Shown: positions 47,183 through 60,568, counted from the first letter of the whole stretch. The stretch is DNA of 63,812 nucleotides, filler included, from Olpidium bornovanus S191 (GCA_017911155.1; 30 parts of 30 records of this genome joined end to end with filler, not necessarily neighbours in it); one strand, 5' to 3'. A program made the numbers and translations. Notes: generated by a model not told the origin, from the sequence alone.

Positions 47183-47829
47183 CTACAAAAAGAACCTCCG
47201 TCGGCTAGTTTCCATTTCCGGCTGTGAAAAAATAACGGAACGCATTTTGTTAAGAGACAAGAGATATTGATCTGTCTAACGACATGGTTGTCCAGCAAAA
47301 TAGTCCGATACGCCACAAAAACCCCCACAGACACACACACCTTGAATTTCCACTCGTACTCCCCGTGCTGCGGATCATACAAGCCCTTTTGCAGCCAGCA
47401 AAGCTTTAGCGTGAAACGGGGCCCAAGCTCCTGGAGGTCCACTTTCTCTTTACTCTTGAACATATACCTTCACGTCGAAAACGCCCGGGAGTCAGAAGCA
47501 CGCACGAGATACAAACAAAAAAATGCTATCGCGCGACAAAGCAAAAAAAAAAAAAAAAGAAGCTCACCTCGACCTGCGGAAAAATATGAAGTCGCGCTGG
47601 TTGTGGAACGTCGCCACTGTCCGGCCCTGGAATTCGGGCACGTGCGGAAACAGGGCGGCGATCATCCTGCCGACGGTGTGGCCCAGCCGGGTGTTAAAAT
47701 TGTTCAAGATGAGTTCCGGAAGGTGGCCGGTGTAGCGGCCGTGCGCGGCGATATCTTTCGTCAGGGAAATGCCCGAGAGCTTGAAGTGCGCGGTCGGGCC
47801 GTCGGGAAGGTGGATAAGCGTGAGGGCGT
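47183..47829 (-). CDS. RPF1: Ribosome production factor 1 (Brix domain), C-terminal exons
   Basis: [63 protein letters not shown] and the terminal SRRRFFL. Exons 47829-47568, 47467-47341 and 47221-47183. Confidence 0.93.
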
Positions 47830-47964
47830 CTAATTGTTTTTCACCCCCCCCCCCCCCCCCGCCCNNNNNNNNNNNNNNNNNNNNNNNNNNNNNNNNNNNN
47901 NNNNNNNNTTAATTAATTAANNNNNNNNNNNNNNNNNNNNNNNNNNNNNNNNNNNNNNNNNNNN

Positions 47965-49532
47965 CATGGCAAGGCCGAGCTGCAGATACCGCGATCAGTC
48001 GATGACTTAGGGCAGAGGTTTTGGACGTCGAGTGGGTGCTTCTCAAACGTAAACCCGTGTTAGCTTACCTCCGGAATAGGATACCGGATCCTCCGGCCCC
48101 CGAGCATCAGCCAGTTGGCCGGTTTTTGGGCCTGTTCCGCGCTGATGAACGCGGGAACACAGTTCTGCGGTTGCTGTTGTTCTTTCAAATGACAGACCAC
48201 TCCACAGGCAGCCACTCCGGGTGATTTCGACGGCAGCGGAGGCAAGTCGACGAGCATTCCGCACTTGGGCATACCCATGACCCATTCGCCGTCATAGGCC
48301 TGCCGCCGAACTTTGTAGATAAATTTTCCGGGGCCTTCCTTCTGGTCATTCAGCCACATGCCTTCGTAACGGTCCTGATTTGCTGGCGTTCCAGACGCGA
48401 GCAATTGCACGGACGGTGGCGGCGGCAGGAAAAAGATCGGTCGAAGAAGCGAACCAACATGGGAGCAGTACGCATCGCCGGATAGGTTGAAATCGAGAAA
48501 TGATCATAGCATCCGATGCTGGGGGGGACGGCCAAAACCAACGTGAACTCACGCAGCAGTAGGATTCCCTGCCCGTGGCGCTTCTCGTCGAACCATTCGC
48601 CGTCGTATCGGCTGCCGTCGCTGTAATGCATGGTTCCCCAGCCCTTCATGACCCCATCCTCCCACTCACCCTCGTAATACGACCCGTCGGCGTAATAGTA
48701 TGTGCCGAACCCGCACCGCTTGTCTCCCTTCCAGCCTCCTGCGTATACTTTGCGGAGGGGGTACGCTGTCTTGGACGGTCGGCGCTTCACCGTGGCGAAG
48801 ATTGTATCGTCAGCTCCGCCCACCCGTTCAGACCCCGCCGCCGGCGACTCCGGCGCCCTGTTAGATAAGAGGAGGGAAAGCGCGGAGGCCGTCTTGCTGT
48901 TTGCCAGGCAGGCCGGCAGCGACCCCGCCTTGTCAGACGTGGTCGAGCTCGAAAAGGAGCCGGCTGTGCTGCTCTTGCGAGACGAACCGGGGGCGGAGCT
49001 CTCGCCCTCCTCCAGATCTTCCGGCGGGATCAGCCGCACGGAAAAGGTCCCATAACCCTCCCGGCAGCCATTCACCCATTCGCCCTCGTACACAGAGCCG
49101 GTGCGGGCGCAGGTGTATGTCCCCTTCCCTGCCCGTTCGACGGTGTTCGACAAACGAAAGAGTAAATCCCACGCCCGGGAGGAAGCGTCAGACCTGGGAA
49201 GCTGGTCTTAAAGAACGGTGGCTCAGCCCTTCGCGACCCGCATGGGCCAGACCGTGCTTCATGTTGGCCTTCCACTCCCCGAGGTAGGTGTCTCCGTTGA
49301 TCAGGTAAACCATGGCGTGCGGGCCGTTCTTCTCCGACCGCCGGTCGCGTTCGTGCCAGGCCGGCTCCACTACGCCTCCAGAGGGCCTGCCGACATTTCT
49401 GGTCGTCCTTCTCCCGAAGCCAATTGCAGGTACCCCGGCATCATCTTGATAACGCCCGGGCGCCTTTTTTTTGGGAACAAGGTCGGACACTGTGCCGGCG
49501 GCTATAGCGGAGGGCGCGATTCTGTCTCTCAT
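47965..49532 (-). CDS. MORN3: MORN-repeat protein 3-like (3' truncated)
   Basis: W..RDRRSEKNG...NGDTYLGEWKANMKHG, multiple YEGEW...G.G repeats, RKVYAGGWKGDKRCGFG, KCGMLVD and YPIPE. This layout matches MORN3. Confidence 0.88.
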
Positions 49533-50493
49533 GCTGCGCAGGAGAACCGACGGCGAGGACTGGGGGGTGGGGAATGGGAGGACGGCGAGGTTCCTGTGCG
49601 GCGTGTCTCGTGCGTGGCAAGCTCTCGTTCCGGGTCCGTCGATTGGTCGGTCGGTCGATCCGGTAGGGGGATGCGAGCGGGGCCGCGGAGGCCAGTGACA
49701 GGAGCTCGGCTGGCAATCTCGCCCAAACACGCCGACAAACCCAGTTGCCCATTCCCCCGAACACACAGGTTTGCGGCTCCGCGAACGGGATCCTCAGAAA
49801 CATTCGGGAACGCCTCCAGGAACTGCGTATTCTCGGCCGACCCCTCTCACCCACACAGCCCGGAGTGAACCACTTTCATCGTTTATCTCCGCGTATACGA
49901 CTACGGATAAACCGTCCGTTCTTCCTCGAGGACGGGCGGGAGAGTAGGGTGGGAAGGGGGGGTGGGGAAAGGTTGTTGCGTGTTCTGCTTCCGACAATGT
50001 CTCGGTCTCCGGCTCTCGCGAGCGGCAACCAGCCCAGTTTGAGGCGACAGCGGCCATGACTTTGCCGACGTCTTGCGCGTGGGCGACCAGCACCTGGGAG
50101 TTGGAGGAGTTTCATCGAAACTGCACTGTGCATAGCCGCGTGGGTCCCAAATGTCGGCAGCGCGCACGACCGGCGGCGACGAGGAGCCCCGGTTTGAGGA
50201 CCGAAATCAAGCACCGCTTGGTCAGGCCGGGGCGGCGTGCGCACGCACGGAGAAGGAGGGGGGTGGGGGTTCGTGCCGGAACCCTGGCCGCCGGCGTTGC
50301 GCACACACCTGGCGCAGGAAATGGCAAGGCGGGCGGGGCGGTGGATTGTGCGTTTTGGTTTGGGTTTCCAAAAAAAAAATTCCCTGCCACGAAATAAAAA
50401 AAATCTCGGCGTTTTGCGCTCGGAACCTGAGGCAAACAACACAGGAAACGAAAAGAAAAGATGGGGCGAGGCGACGAAGTTTACTTTCGAATC

Positions 50494-51476
50494 TCACACA
50501 TCCCCGGCGTCAGGTGCGGGCGCTGCCAACGTGAACAGCAGCTCAGAGTCACTTTGGCCGCCGCCGTCGACACCAGGGGGTGCCGAGACTGCTGCAACAG
50601 GGATTCCTGGAGCTGCCGGTTCCAGGTTTTCCGAGACCGCTGCTGAGGCGGTGGCAGGCGTCGGCGGAGCCGCTGCTGCCCCGGCAGGTTCTCCCGCGTC
50701 CGGGGCCTGGACGCGGAACCGGGGCGGGTGGCTGGAACTCCTTTTTCTTCCCGTAAGCGTCGAGGCGGCCCTCGTGTCCTGCAGGTAACGGAATTGGCGC
50801 GCGAATTTGGGTCTCCTAAACCCTCCTGCTCTTCCGCCGGCGTAGTAGTCGTCCTCGACAGAGCGGGTGCGGTAGTGGCGTCGGGGGTAGTGCCGGACCA
50901 TGGCCACAACGCCCTCTGCCACCACCCGGGTGGTGATGTTCGCGTCGTCCCTTTCCATGTCTTCCTGCTCCTGGTCTGCATCGCTCAGTCCTCCGTCTCT
51001 TTCTCCCTCCAGGTTCGCCTCGGCCGCCGTTGCAGTCGTTGCCGCCGAGTCCTGCGAACCTGGGGACCAGGAATAATCCTCCTCAGCTGATAGTTGCGAA
51101 TAACCACCCGCGGACTGGGGGCGACGGAAGGCGCTTTTCTGCAGGAGAGACCCGTTGCGTGCATCCAAAACGTTGAGCACGATGCCCAAGAGGACTCCTC
51201 CCAAGGAAAGGCACACAAAAAATGTCTCCACGCCGATAAATCCTTCCGTCTCCGTCGATCCGCGAATATTGGCCACGGCCAGCGGCAGCAGCGTCAGCGA
51301 GATGTTGAGTGCCACTGTCATCAGTCCATACGCCGTGCCCAGCTGGTGGGAGCCCACGAGGTAGGGTATGCACGGCCATATACTGGAAGCGAACATTGAG
51401 TACGCCGCACCCAGCAGTACCAAGCCCACCACAGGATCCAGGGACGTCCAGCCCAACAAGAGGTGTACTGTCATGA
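50494..51476 (-). CDS. MFSD1: MFS transporter C-terminal part, MFSD1-like, with a long disordered tail
   Basis: LVLLGAAYSMFASSIWPCIPYLVGSHQLGTAYGLMTVALNISL and VLNVLDARNGSLL, followed by about 200 aa of low-complexity sequence. Confidence 0.75.
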
Positions 51477-51576
51477 NNNNNNNNNNNNNNNNNNNNNNNN
51501 NNNNNNNNNNNNNNNNNNNNTTAATTAATTAANNNNNNNNNNNNNNNNNNNNNNNNNNNNNNNNNNNNNNNNNNNN

Positions 51577-53404
51577 CACCAGACGCATGCGTTTCCTGCC
51601 GCCGGCGAGCTTAGCTTCGCCGCTCCGCCGGGCAGCGCGGCAGTTGTTGGAGACGGTGACGGCGGTGACGGCGACAGTCCGTTCGCGTTTCCCATGGGGA
51701 ACAAAAGCTGCGCAAATCCTGCCAACCTAGACTACCCTGGGAATCCGGTCTATCCTGCCAGCCCGGACAACAACGACGACGCCGACCCTGACGGCCGCTC
51801 ACCAGGTAGCCCCGAACACAACGACCGCCAAGCGCCGCCGGCGCGACCAGCACCAAAGCAAAGGCAGCAGCAGGAGAGTTCGCTTGTACCGTCGCCGATA
51901 AAGCACCCGCCGACACAGGCACACGAGCAACATCCGCGGGTGGAACCGCTGTTCCCGTTCGTCGCCCCATTGCGACCGCCGGGAGCACCGCTTCTTCCTG
52001 TCACGTTCCCTTCTGTGCCGGCCCCGGACATTGACTTCAGCAGCCACGGCAGCGGCGACGGACTCGCGGACGGCCTTGCCAATCTGGTTCTGGGTGGAGG
52101 CCTAGGCGGGGAGTCAGCTGGAGTAAAAGACGGTGGCGACAAGGGTGTCGGGCCCGACGCGCAGCACCTGGCAGAATCACCTGTGCACATGCCGGGCATA
52201 CCAGCAACCGCGAATTATTACGACACTTTGTTTGCACCAGCGACCGGTGCACACTTTTCTGCTGCGGTCGACCCTGCGAGCCTATTCAATCTCTCGCCGC
52301 CATTGTTCCAAGTTTCAGGAAAAGAGCAACCAGGCAATTTCCCGACGGCACAAGCGGAACTGGTGCCTGTGGAGATGCCCGTGACTCGAGCCAAAGCAAA
52401 CTCGCCAAATGGCCTGTCAGGTCACTCCGTCGCGCCGGCACGTGCCACCGTCGGCTCGCAGGTTGGCAAGGAAACAGGGGGGGCAATGTCGAACCCGTAT
52501 TCGAAGCTGCTTCGAGCCTCTCGGGGGCGAGACGTGCCGGTCGCGGTCCCGATTAACAGGTGCGGCCGGGCATTGAGCGACGGCGACGACGAGCCGAACG
52601 AGGAAAGTGACGGCAGCGGTAACACGGACGACTACAGCGACGATGACAGCGGCGCTGAGGACGATGATGCCGCTTCAGAGAGACGGAAGGCGCGGGGCTT
52701 CGTTGCGTCAGACAGGGGCTCCCGCGCCCGCCGGCGGAAGCTTTGCAGGCCGGAAGTCGCCCACGTCTCTGCTAAACCCAAACAACCGGCAGGGCGCACC
52801 GAGTCGCCCCTCCCGTGCCCCTTGCCGCTCCCGGAAACTGCAGGAACGTCCGCCATCTTCCGCGATTTCGCGAAAAAGGAGGTCCCGCCGGTGCTTCGTT
52901 CGGGGCCACAAGAAAGCCAGGGCACCGTCGCCGAATTTGAGAACGTCACTTTTGACTTTGTGTGCGAAGACCAGGATTCGGACGATATCCTCAGCCGTCC
53001 GGGGCCGGCAGGGAAGGTGCGCCAAGTTGCCCGCGGCTCTGGCGCGTCCGGGGCATCTCGTCCGTTTTCTGCTGAGTTGTCTAAAAGCTTGGACGAGTCT
53101 CCAGCGTCCGGGGACGAGACGGACCAGGATTCGAGCGACAACCCGGAGCTTTACCGGCCCTCAGAGGCGAATGTGGTAAATGTTCCTCAACTACTTGAAG
53201 ACTCAGAAGACCTTCTGCGTCGGCAGCAGTGGAAGCGAGAACAATTCCGGCAGCAGCTCCAGATGCAGCAGGCTCAGCATCTGGCTCACCAGCAGCAGCA
53301 GCAGCATCTGCAAATGCAACATCATCAGATCGCCGCTGGGCATGCGAAGCCCGAACGGCCCTCCCCCGGGCCTACCCTCCGCCCGTTGAAGGTTCGTGTC
53401 ATGC
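51577..53404 (+). CDS. Long disordered ORF with acidic and Gln-rich tracts, unidentified
   Basis: One frame is open across the whole 1.8-kb contig. D/S-rich and poly-Q segments, no recognisable domain. Confidence 0.6.
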
Positions 53405-53828
53405 NNNNNNNNNNNNNNNNNNNNNNNNNNNNNNNNNNNNNNNNNNNNTTAATTAATTAANNNNNNNNNNNNNNNNNNNNNNNNNNNNNNNNNNNNNNNN
53501 NNNNCATGGCGCAGTATTTGCGTCCCTTGGCTGTACGGCCGCCGTGTCGCTCAATTGCCCGCAGCGTGTTGTCCATTCTTTTTGACAGCCATCGCCTGGT
53601 TGTTTTATTTCGACCGAGGTCCGTCGGAGAATATGTAAAGAGCTTCCAGAAGCCAACCGCGATTTGAGCGGGCCCCACACATACATATCCACACACTTTC
53701 CTTCGTGACTTCTTTTTTTTCATTTTCTTTTTCTTTTTCTCTTTCTTTTTTAATAAAAAAAAGTTCGTATATATATGTCTAATCAGGATGCAAAATAAAA
53801 GTCTCCCGGTTAAAGATGACGATGCGTC

Positions 53829-55023
53829 TTATTTGCCCTTGCCCTTCCCTTTCTTCTTCCCCTTATTCCCCTTTTTGGCCGTCTCGAAGACCTTGCGGTT
53901 CCCGTCCTGAATGGCCGTGAAGATTTCGTTCGGTATCCTTTCCGAAACCCACACCGCCAGCGTCTTCCCGCGCGCCTTGACGGCGGGGAGAACGGCCTGC
54001 GCGCCGCGAACCCCGAAGTGGTTACCCCGCAGGTCGACGAGGTAAATCACCGTATTGTCCGCGATCGCCTGAGCGAGGAGCTCGAGCGGGGAGCCGTCGA
54101 GCGGCTTGGGCGGCGGCAGCGCCTGTTGCTGCTGCTGCTGCTGCTTTCGCGGCGGAGGCGCTGTGCCTGGTGTCGCCGGTGCCGCCGGCGGGCCCGCTAA
54201 AGCGCCGGCGCCGCCCGGAACCTCGGCGTGGTCCCCGTCACATTCCATCGTGTAGGACACGATGCCCGGCGCGCCCGGCCGCCCTTCTTTCCGCGATTCG
54301 TCCGGCGGCGGCTGAGGCGGCGGCGGCGACTGCGACTGCGACGGCACGGCCGTCGGATCCGCGGACGGGCCGGGCTCGGCGAAGGGCGGAACCTCGACCA
54401 GCAGCGATCCCGGGACAGTCCACTGGAACGGTGCGGCCGCCGCCGGCGCGACGGCGGGGGGGACCGGGGGCGCGTCCACAATGGTGTTGTTGGCCAGCGC
54501 CAGGGACTTGAGCGCCCGATTAGTTAGCAGGGAGTACGCGATCGAGACGAGGCCCAGATCTCCGAGCTGGTTGTGAGAAAGGTCGACGGACCTTTTTTTT
54601 TGTTGTTGTTGTTTGATTTTTTATTTATTTCCAGAGCGGAAATTGCTGTCAACAAAACCCAAGCGGCGCCTCGCGTTCACGTGTTATGCGCGGCGAGGGG
54701 GTGGCGCCGAAAACAACGGCCACCGCCCGCCCAAGGCGGCAGCTCCCCGCAGGCGGGGAAAGCGAACTCACGTGAGGCTGGAATTCCACTTCAGGGCTAG
54801 CCCGATGGTCTCCCCGCACTCCGGGCCTGCATCGCAGTACCTCGCGGAGAACGAGGCCAGCTTGGTGCGCGGGTTCGCCGTCAGGCCCCGGAACAGGGCG
54901 GACATGCCTGCCGCCGTCAACGGGTTGTGATCCAATATCACCGCCTGGAGGGTCGTTGAGCTTGCGAGGAACCGGGCGAGACGCCCGGCGGCGTCGTCTG
55001 TGATGTCGGAGTCGACCAGTTCC
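53829..55023 (-). CDS. RNI-like leucine-rich-repeat protein, C-terminal part
   Basis: LQAVILDHNPLTAAG, SVDLSHNQLGDLG, LKSLALANN and YLVDLRGNHFGVRG, with a K/G-rich tail. Exons 55023-54772 and 54591-53829. Confidence 0.85.
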
Positions 55024-55129
55024 NNNNNNNNNNNNNNNNNNNNNNNNNNNNNNNNNNNNNNNNNNNNTTAATTAATTAANNNNNNNNNNNNNNNNNNNNN
55101 NNNNNNNNNNNNNNNNNNNNNNNCATGAT

Positions 55130-55310
55130 TTGCAGGATTCGCAGGGTTCGCCGGTGCACAGGATTCCGATTACGCAGGATTCGCCGGATTTGCCGGATTC
55201 GCAGAATTCGCGGGATTTGCCCTAGTCGCCGGATTCACAGAATTACGCACGATTTGCCCAATTCGCACAATTCGCAGGTGCGCGGGATCTACAGGAACCG
55301 CAGAATTCGG
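55130..55310. repeat. Degenerate 9-bp tandem repeat
   Basis: Units such as GCAGGATTC, GCCGGATTT and GCAGAATTC. Confidence 0.8.
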
Positions 55311-55329
55311 CGGACGCCGGGCGCCGGCC

Positions 55330-56790
55330 GGCGGCCGCCGACGCGGACGGACGGCTGCGCCCCTCTTCGCAAAATGACATCGCGGACTTCCTGCTCTCCG
55401 CCGCTGGTCTCCGCGTCGCCGAAATCACCGCCGCGGAAGAGCACGCCGTCGTCCCCCCGCTTTCGGCCGCGCCCCCGCTCCTTCTCGGCGTTCCTTGTGC
55501 CGCCCCCGCCGTTTTCGTCTTCGTCTGTGACCGCAGGACCGCTCACTGGACCTCTCACGGCACCGCTCACGGGTCTGCCGCCGGGGCCGCTCTCCTCCGT
55601 CTCCGCTCCCCAAACCGGATTCGACGCGCTCCGTGGCTTCCACTTGGGGCCCCGCTGGAGCGCTCCGCACTCGCCCAGCAGAACTTTGACTTCCCCGGAA
55701 GATGCCTCCGCAAGCTCGACAGAACCGCTGCCGAGGAACGTTTCCAAGCCGCGTCGGGCGCGGACGCCGGCGGCCGAGTTCTTCTCCAGCGCTTCCAACT
55801 CGGCTCTGTATGCCGGCGGAGCCAACGTTGGAGCTTTACAGGAAGCGATTGCACGACCCGAGGCCGAGGCCGCCGTATTGAATTTCCCAAGGAAGGACGA
55901 TAAAGGCCGGCGTGTCGGGCGACTCGCGACACGGATCAAGCGGCAGTTGAGGAAGACGGCCACCCCGTCTGAAAGAAGTTCAGGGGAGGACACCGATGCG
56001 TTCGGTACGTTGTGCTGCGGCCGACGGTTCGGGAACAGTCATCGGTAACCGAATTTCTTTGGAGCTCATGCCACCGAATTTCCGTGGGTCAGAAAGCTAT
56101 GAAGGCGATACAACAGAAGCGACCGTGTCCGGAAGCGAGCAGCCGAGGGGTGAAGGACTTTCCGTTTCTCTGCGGTCATATTCACCCAATCGCCTCGACA
56201 ACTTTCTCTCGATCCCCGCGAGTGATCCAAGAAGATCCCCTCTGTTTCTACGCAAGGGCAAGCAGGACCACAGTGTTGTAAAAGCGGCCAAAGACGGGGA
56301 AATCATCGACGTCGCGCTGCAAACGGATGCGGAGGAGTCGCGTGGCAGCCAACCAAAAACGAAGGCGAAGCAGCAAACGAAGTCGACCTTCGAGCCGACT
56401 TTCGTGTTTGTAGAACTGAGCAAGCAATTCACTTTTCTCAGCCTCGTCGCTTTTCGCGTCACCCGAGATCGTGTGCTGTACCGCACTTTGGATGGCGGGC
56501 AGGAACTGTTGGCGAGCTGGGAAGATAGCAGCCTGATGCAGCAGATCGCGGAGCCGGATAGTCCTGAGGAGGGGAATCTTTCAAAAAGCCTAGCTTCGGG
56601 CATACTCAAAGACACCGACTCAAGTTTCTTGGAGTACGAGCTTGCAGACCGAGTGCTCGTGATTAACGTCGCGGGAATTTTTGGAAGAGAGAGGGCCAGG
56701 CCGAATGAAGTCGGCACGGCCATACGTGGGTTGTTTTACGTTCAACACTTCCAAAACGTTTGGTACATAAGATTACCTGTACTCACGTAG
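55330..56790 (+). CDS. Hypothetical protein fragment
   Basis: Two long adjoining ORFs, possibly joined by a short intron at about 56005-56038. A Ser/Pro-rich region is followed by a globular-looking segment (FVFVELSKQFTFLSLVAFRV). No family recognised; bounds approximate. Confidence 0.45.
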
Positions 56791-58299
56791 GTTCTTTATC
56801 CCCTGCCGCGGCAAATGCAGACGGCGACACGTTCCAGTTGCTGACATGNNNNNNNNNNNNNNNNNNNNNNNNNNNNNNNNNNNNNNNNNNNNTTAATTAA
56901 TTAANNNNNNNNNNNNNNNNNNNNNNNNNNNNNNNNNNNNNNNNNNNNCATGGCGAAAATGGCGATGCCGTAGAGATATGCGAGATTTATATATCGGAGA
57001 CGTATTAACCACCGCCATTGGAGTGATGGCTCAGGATCTGGCGGCCAGTTTGTTTTTCCGTGAAGCGGTGGCAGTCCTTGACGGCATCGAAATGGCTTCA
57101 TCGGGCATTAGTATGATGTCCCGTGCGAGATCGGTAATTGACAAAGTAAAAGCATAGGAATTACTGTTGTTTGAAAGAATGAACAGACCAGCAAGGTCGG
57201 CACTGATGCATTCAAGAGGTGCGTAACGAGAAGTATTGTTAATGGAGAAATGCGGGGATGCATGAGAGCGTCCCAATGCGCAAGCCTTGCACGAAAATGC
57301 TTGAAGTAAGCGCTTCAGCGGACATATGCGTTCGGGCTCTGGTCATTTGAGTCAGGAGAAACCAACAGCCCCGGAGGCTTGGATCTGTCTGCGCCTTTTC
57401 CTCTAATCCTCGAAAAGAGTAATGTTTTCTCGAATAGCGTGTGACGAGCTCGTCGCCGCCGCCATCCCCCATTCCCGCTGATGCGCCCGACGCGTTCGGC
57501 CTTCCGCTGACGACTGCCCCCGTTTTCGGTTGGGGCAAACCCACCGCTGCCCCGCGCCCCCCGCCTTCCCGACCGCCGACGTCAACACTCACGCGCTCGG
57601 CGGCACGCCGTCTCATAACGTGACAGCGCTATGAGCGCTCTCGGTGCCAACTGCGCCGCCCTGCCGTTCTTTGCGACTTCGACGTCGCTGTCGCTTGCTG
57701 ACCCAGCCGTTTCGCTCATTCCCGAGCCCGTCAGGTTGGGGTCTACAGGGGGTTCTTTTCGCTTTTGGCGTCGCGCCGCGCGGCCGTGGCGCTCACCCCA
57801 CTTGACCGTAACCACCCGTAGCGGTTCGGGTCCGCCGCGAAGTCGGCTTGCTCCCTCGTTGACCGTCAAACTGTTGGAATTTGGCAAGGCATAGTGCTAA
57901 CTGCCTTGTCCCCGAACGAGGGCGGTTAGAGGAATCTGCCCATGGGCCGCGCGGTTTAGGTGGCCCCCATTCCATATTCACGCATGACCCTGTACCGGAG
58001 TCCTCACGGGGGCGGGGCGCAGAAGTAAACAAACATAAACAATCTCTCAGCCCTTTCCCTCCTTCGGAAGCCCAAATACATGTACAAAGGGCGTAAGATT
58101 TACTACACACACTGCCTTGGAAAACCTCAAGCCCACCGTCGTCGATGCTGCTGCCGCCTGGCGCCGTGCCACAGCTCGGTCGCTCCCCTTCGTCGAACCN
58201 NNNNNNNNNNNNNNNNNNNNNNNNNNNNNNNNNNNNNNNNNNNTTAATTAATTAANNNNNNNNNNNNNNNNNNNNNNNNNNNNNNNNNNNNNNNNNNNN

Positions 58300-59323
58300 C
58301 CGGCTGCGTCTCCGTTTCTGAAATCTCGCTTTCCGCGTCGACGGGAGCGGCCTCCGGTCGCGCCTCCCCTTCACAGAGCGGAACGTTTCGAGGGGAAGAG
58401 CCGGTCCACGAGGATGCATGACTCGGCGAATATTTCCTCTCGACGTGAGCCTCCGCCGGGACAGGCGGCTCTCTTCCCGCTTCTCCGTCGTGTGCCGCGT
58501 GACCTTGGTCGTGCCGGTCGTTTGAAGTCGGTAACGCGCCGCCGCCGCCGGTGTCGGCTTCCGGCTCTTCTTCCGCCTGTCCGTCGGTTCGGGTACATTC
58601 GTCGGTTGTCGGACAACAAAGGGTCTGAAGGCTGTCTCCCTGTTCGTCGACGTGCTCGGCCTGGTCGGCGCCGGACACTGCCGGATTGAGCATTCCGTGG
58701 GCCGCCGCGTCCCCGCCCCGTTCGCCGATCTCGCCGGTTCGCGGCACAGAGTTCGGATCCTGGGCGTCGTTTAAATGCCCGTCGTGCAGGGGCGATTCCG
58801 GTGACGTGAACAGGTCCGGAGTCAGGGTGCCGGCAGCGCCCGGCGGGCAAGGCTCCGCCGTCCCGTTGTTGTCGTCCGGCACTTTTTGCGCGATGCCGCC
58901 CTCCGACGACCCGTCTCCGTCGCAACGGCCGCTCACTGGCCGATCAGCGCACGCCGCAGCGCCGGCGGCGACCTCCGCCGGGGTCATGCCCACATCCCCG
59001 AGAGCCCCGCCCGTTCCGCCAATACCCTCGTTATAACGAGGCTCAGCCGCAAAAGCCGCCGCTGCCGCCGCCGCCGCGGCGTCGTCGTCCCCTTCTCCCG
59101 CCCGAGCTCCAGGCAGGAGTTCTGCCCCCCCGCTGGCATTCGAGGCCGGAGGACCTCCGAGCGCCGTCGCCGCCGGGCCGTCCGGCGGGATCCGCGGCCC
59201 GTCTGCTCGGCTAGCCGGTGCGACCTCGGCGCCGCCGCCGGTGCCTCCACCGCCATCAGAAGCGTGACCAGGGGCCGGAAACGCCTGCGCCGCCGATGCC
59301 ACGGAAATCGGATTGTCCGAAAC
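58300..59323 (-). CDS. Hypothetical low-complexity acidic protein exon
   Basis: About 1 kb open frame rich in A/G/D/E/P after a CAG acceptor, running to the contig end. Confidence 0.45.
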
Positions 59324-60568
59324 TGCCGGCCGCCCGCTCGCCTGCCGAACCTCCCTTCCCTCCTCCTCCTCCTCTTCCTCCCTTGCGGCCGCACCCTCCG
59401 GGACCGGACCACTCGGCTCGTCCGCCGGCCGTAGCCGGGGTCGCTGCTGCGAAACGTTTTTTTTTTGTTGTCACGCCGGCCGCGGGACGAAAAGAACGGG
59501 CGGAGTGGCGTCACTGAAAACGTTTGCCGGGAAGTCCCCGCGACACCAAAAAATGTTTCGATGCGAGACTCCACGCCACAACATTGCCGCCCTCGCCCCG
59601 CCTCTCACCTGCACGGATACGGCGGTCGCGGTTCCCGGTGGCGAAAATATCGCCAACTGCCGCCGTATGCCGGATACGCCGGGAGACTGCGGCTCGGACT
59701 GGGACGGAGGATTCGCGGACGACAACCACGTACGTCTTTTGGCTCTCAGCTCCAAAAACTATTTTTTTTTTGTCGGTGGAGAAGGCAAAGACGAAAGAAA
59801 GAGGAAGAAGGAAGGGCGAGGTGGCGAGGGAGGGGGAACCGGTGAGATTCTGGGCTGGTCAGAGCGGAGGGGGGGGGGAGGGGTAGTTTCCGCAAAACCC
59901 GCGGAGCTGAGTTTTTATTTTTGAAGGCCGTCAGAAGAAGGATGCAGTCGAGCGCGGGGTTCGTCTATGCTCCTCTCCCCACTGTCCGCACCTTCTTCTT
60001 GCCGGCGTCAACCTTGCTTCTCCGGTTTTGGGCGTCGTCCATTCTCGGCGGTGCGGGCGTCCACTCGCAATTGGCACGCCCTGTGCATGTGTGTCTCGTT
60101 TGCCCGTTCGACACTGGGACGCTTCGAGCGCCCGCGTTGAGAGAAGATGCGAGGGGAGGAGGAGGGGAAGATGGAAGAGAGGGGTCCTGCAGGTCGGAAA
60201 CGCGTGATGATCTTGTTCTTTCTCATCTCCAAGCTCTTCTGCCCTTACCCCGCAAGAAGCCCTGAGAAAGAAGCCTCTTTTTTTCGTTTTTTTCTTCGTC
60301 CGGCGCGTGCGCGGGGGGGGCAAACGCGTTTCTCTTTCGGCTCCTCCTCCCCCTCCTCCACACGCACACAAAAACAAAAAAAAGAAAACAAAAAGTTTCC
60401 GTGTTCCGTCCCGATCAAGAGAGAACGAAAAGAGGGGACGAGAAAGATAGAAAAAAAAAAGCGAGAGAGAGAGAGAGAAAGAGACCGAGGCGAGGCCGCG
60501 AAAAGGAAGCCCGGCCCTAACCCTAGTCCATCTCATCCCTTTCACGAAGAGGAGAAAACGCGCGCGGT

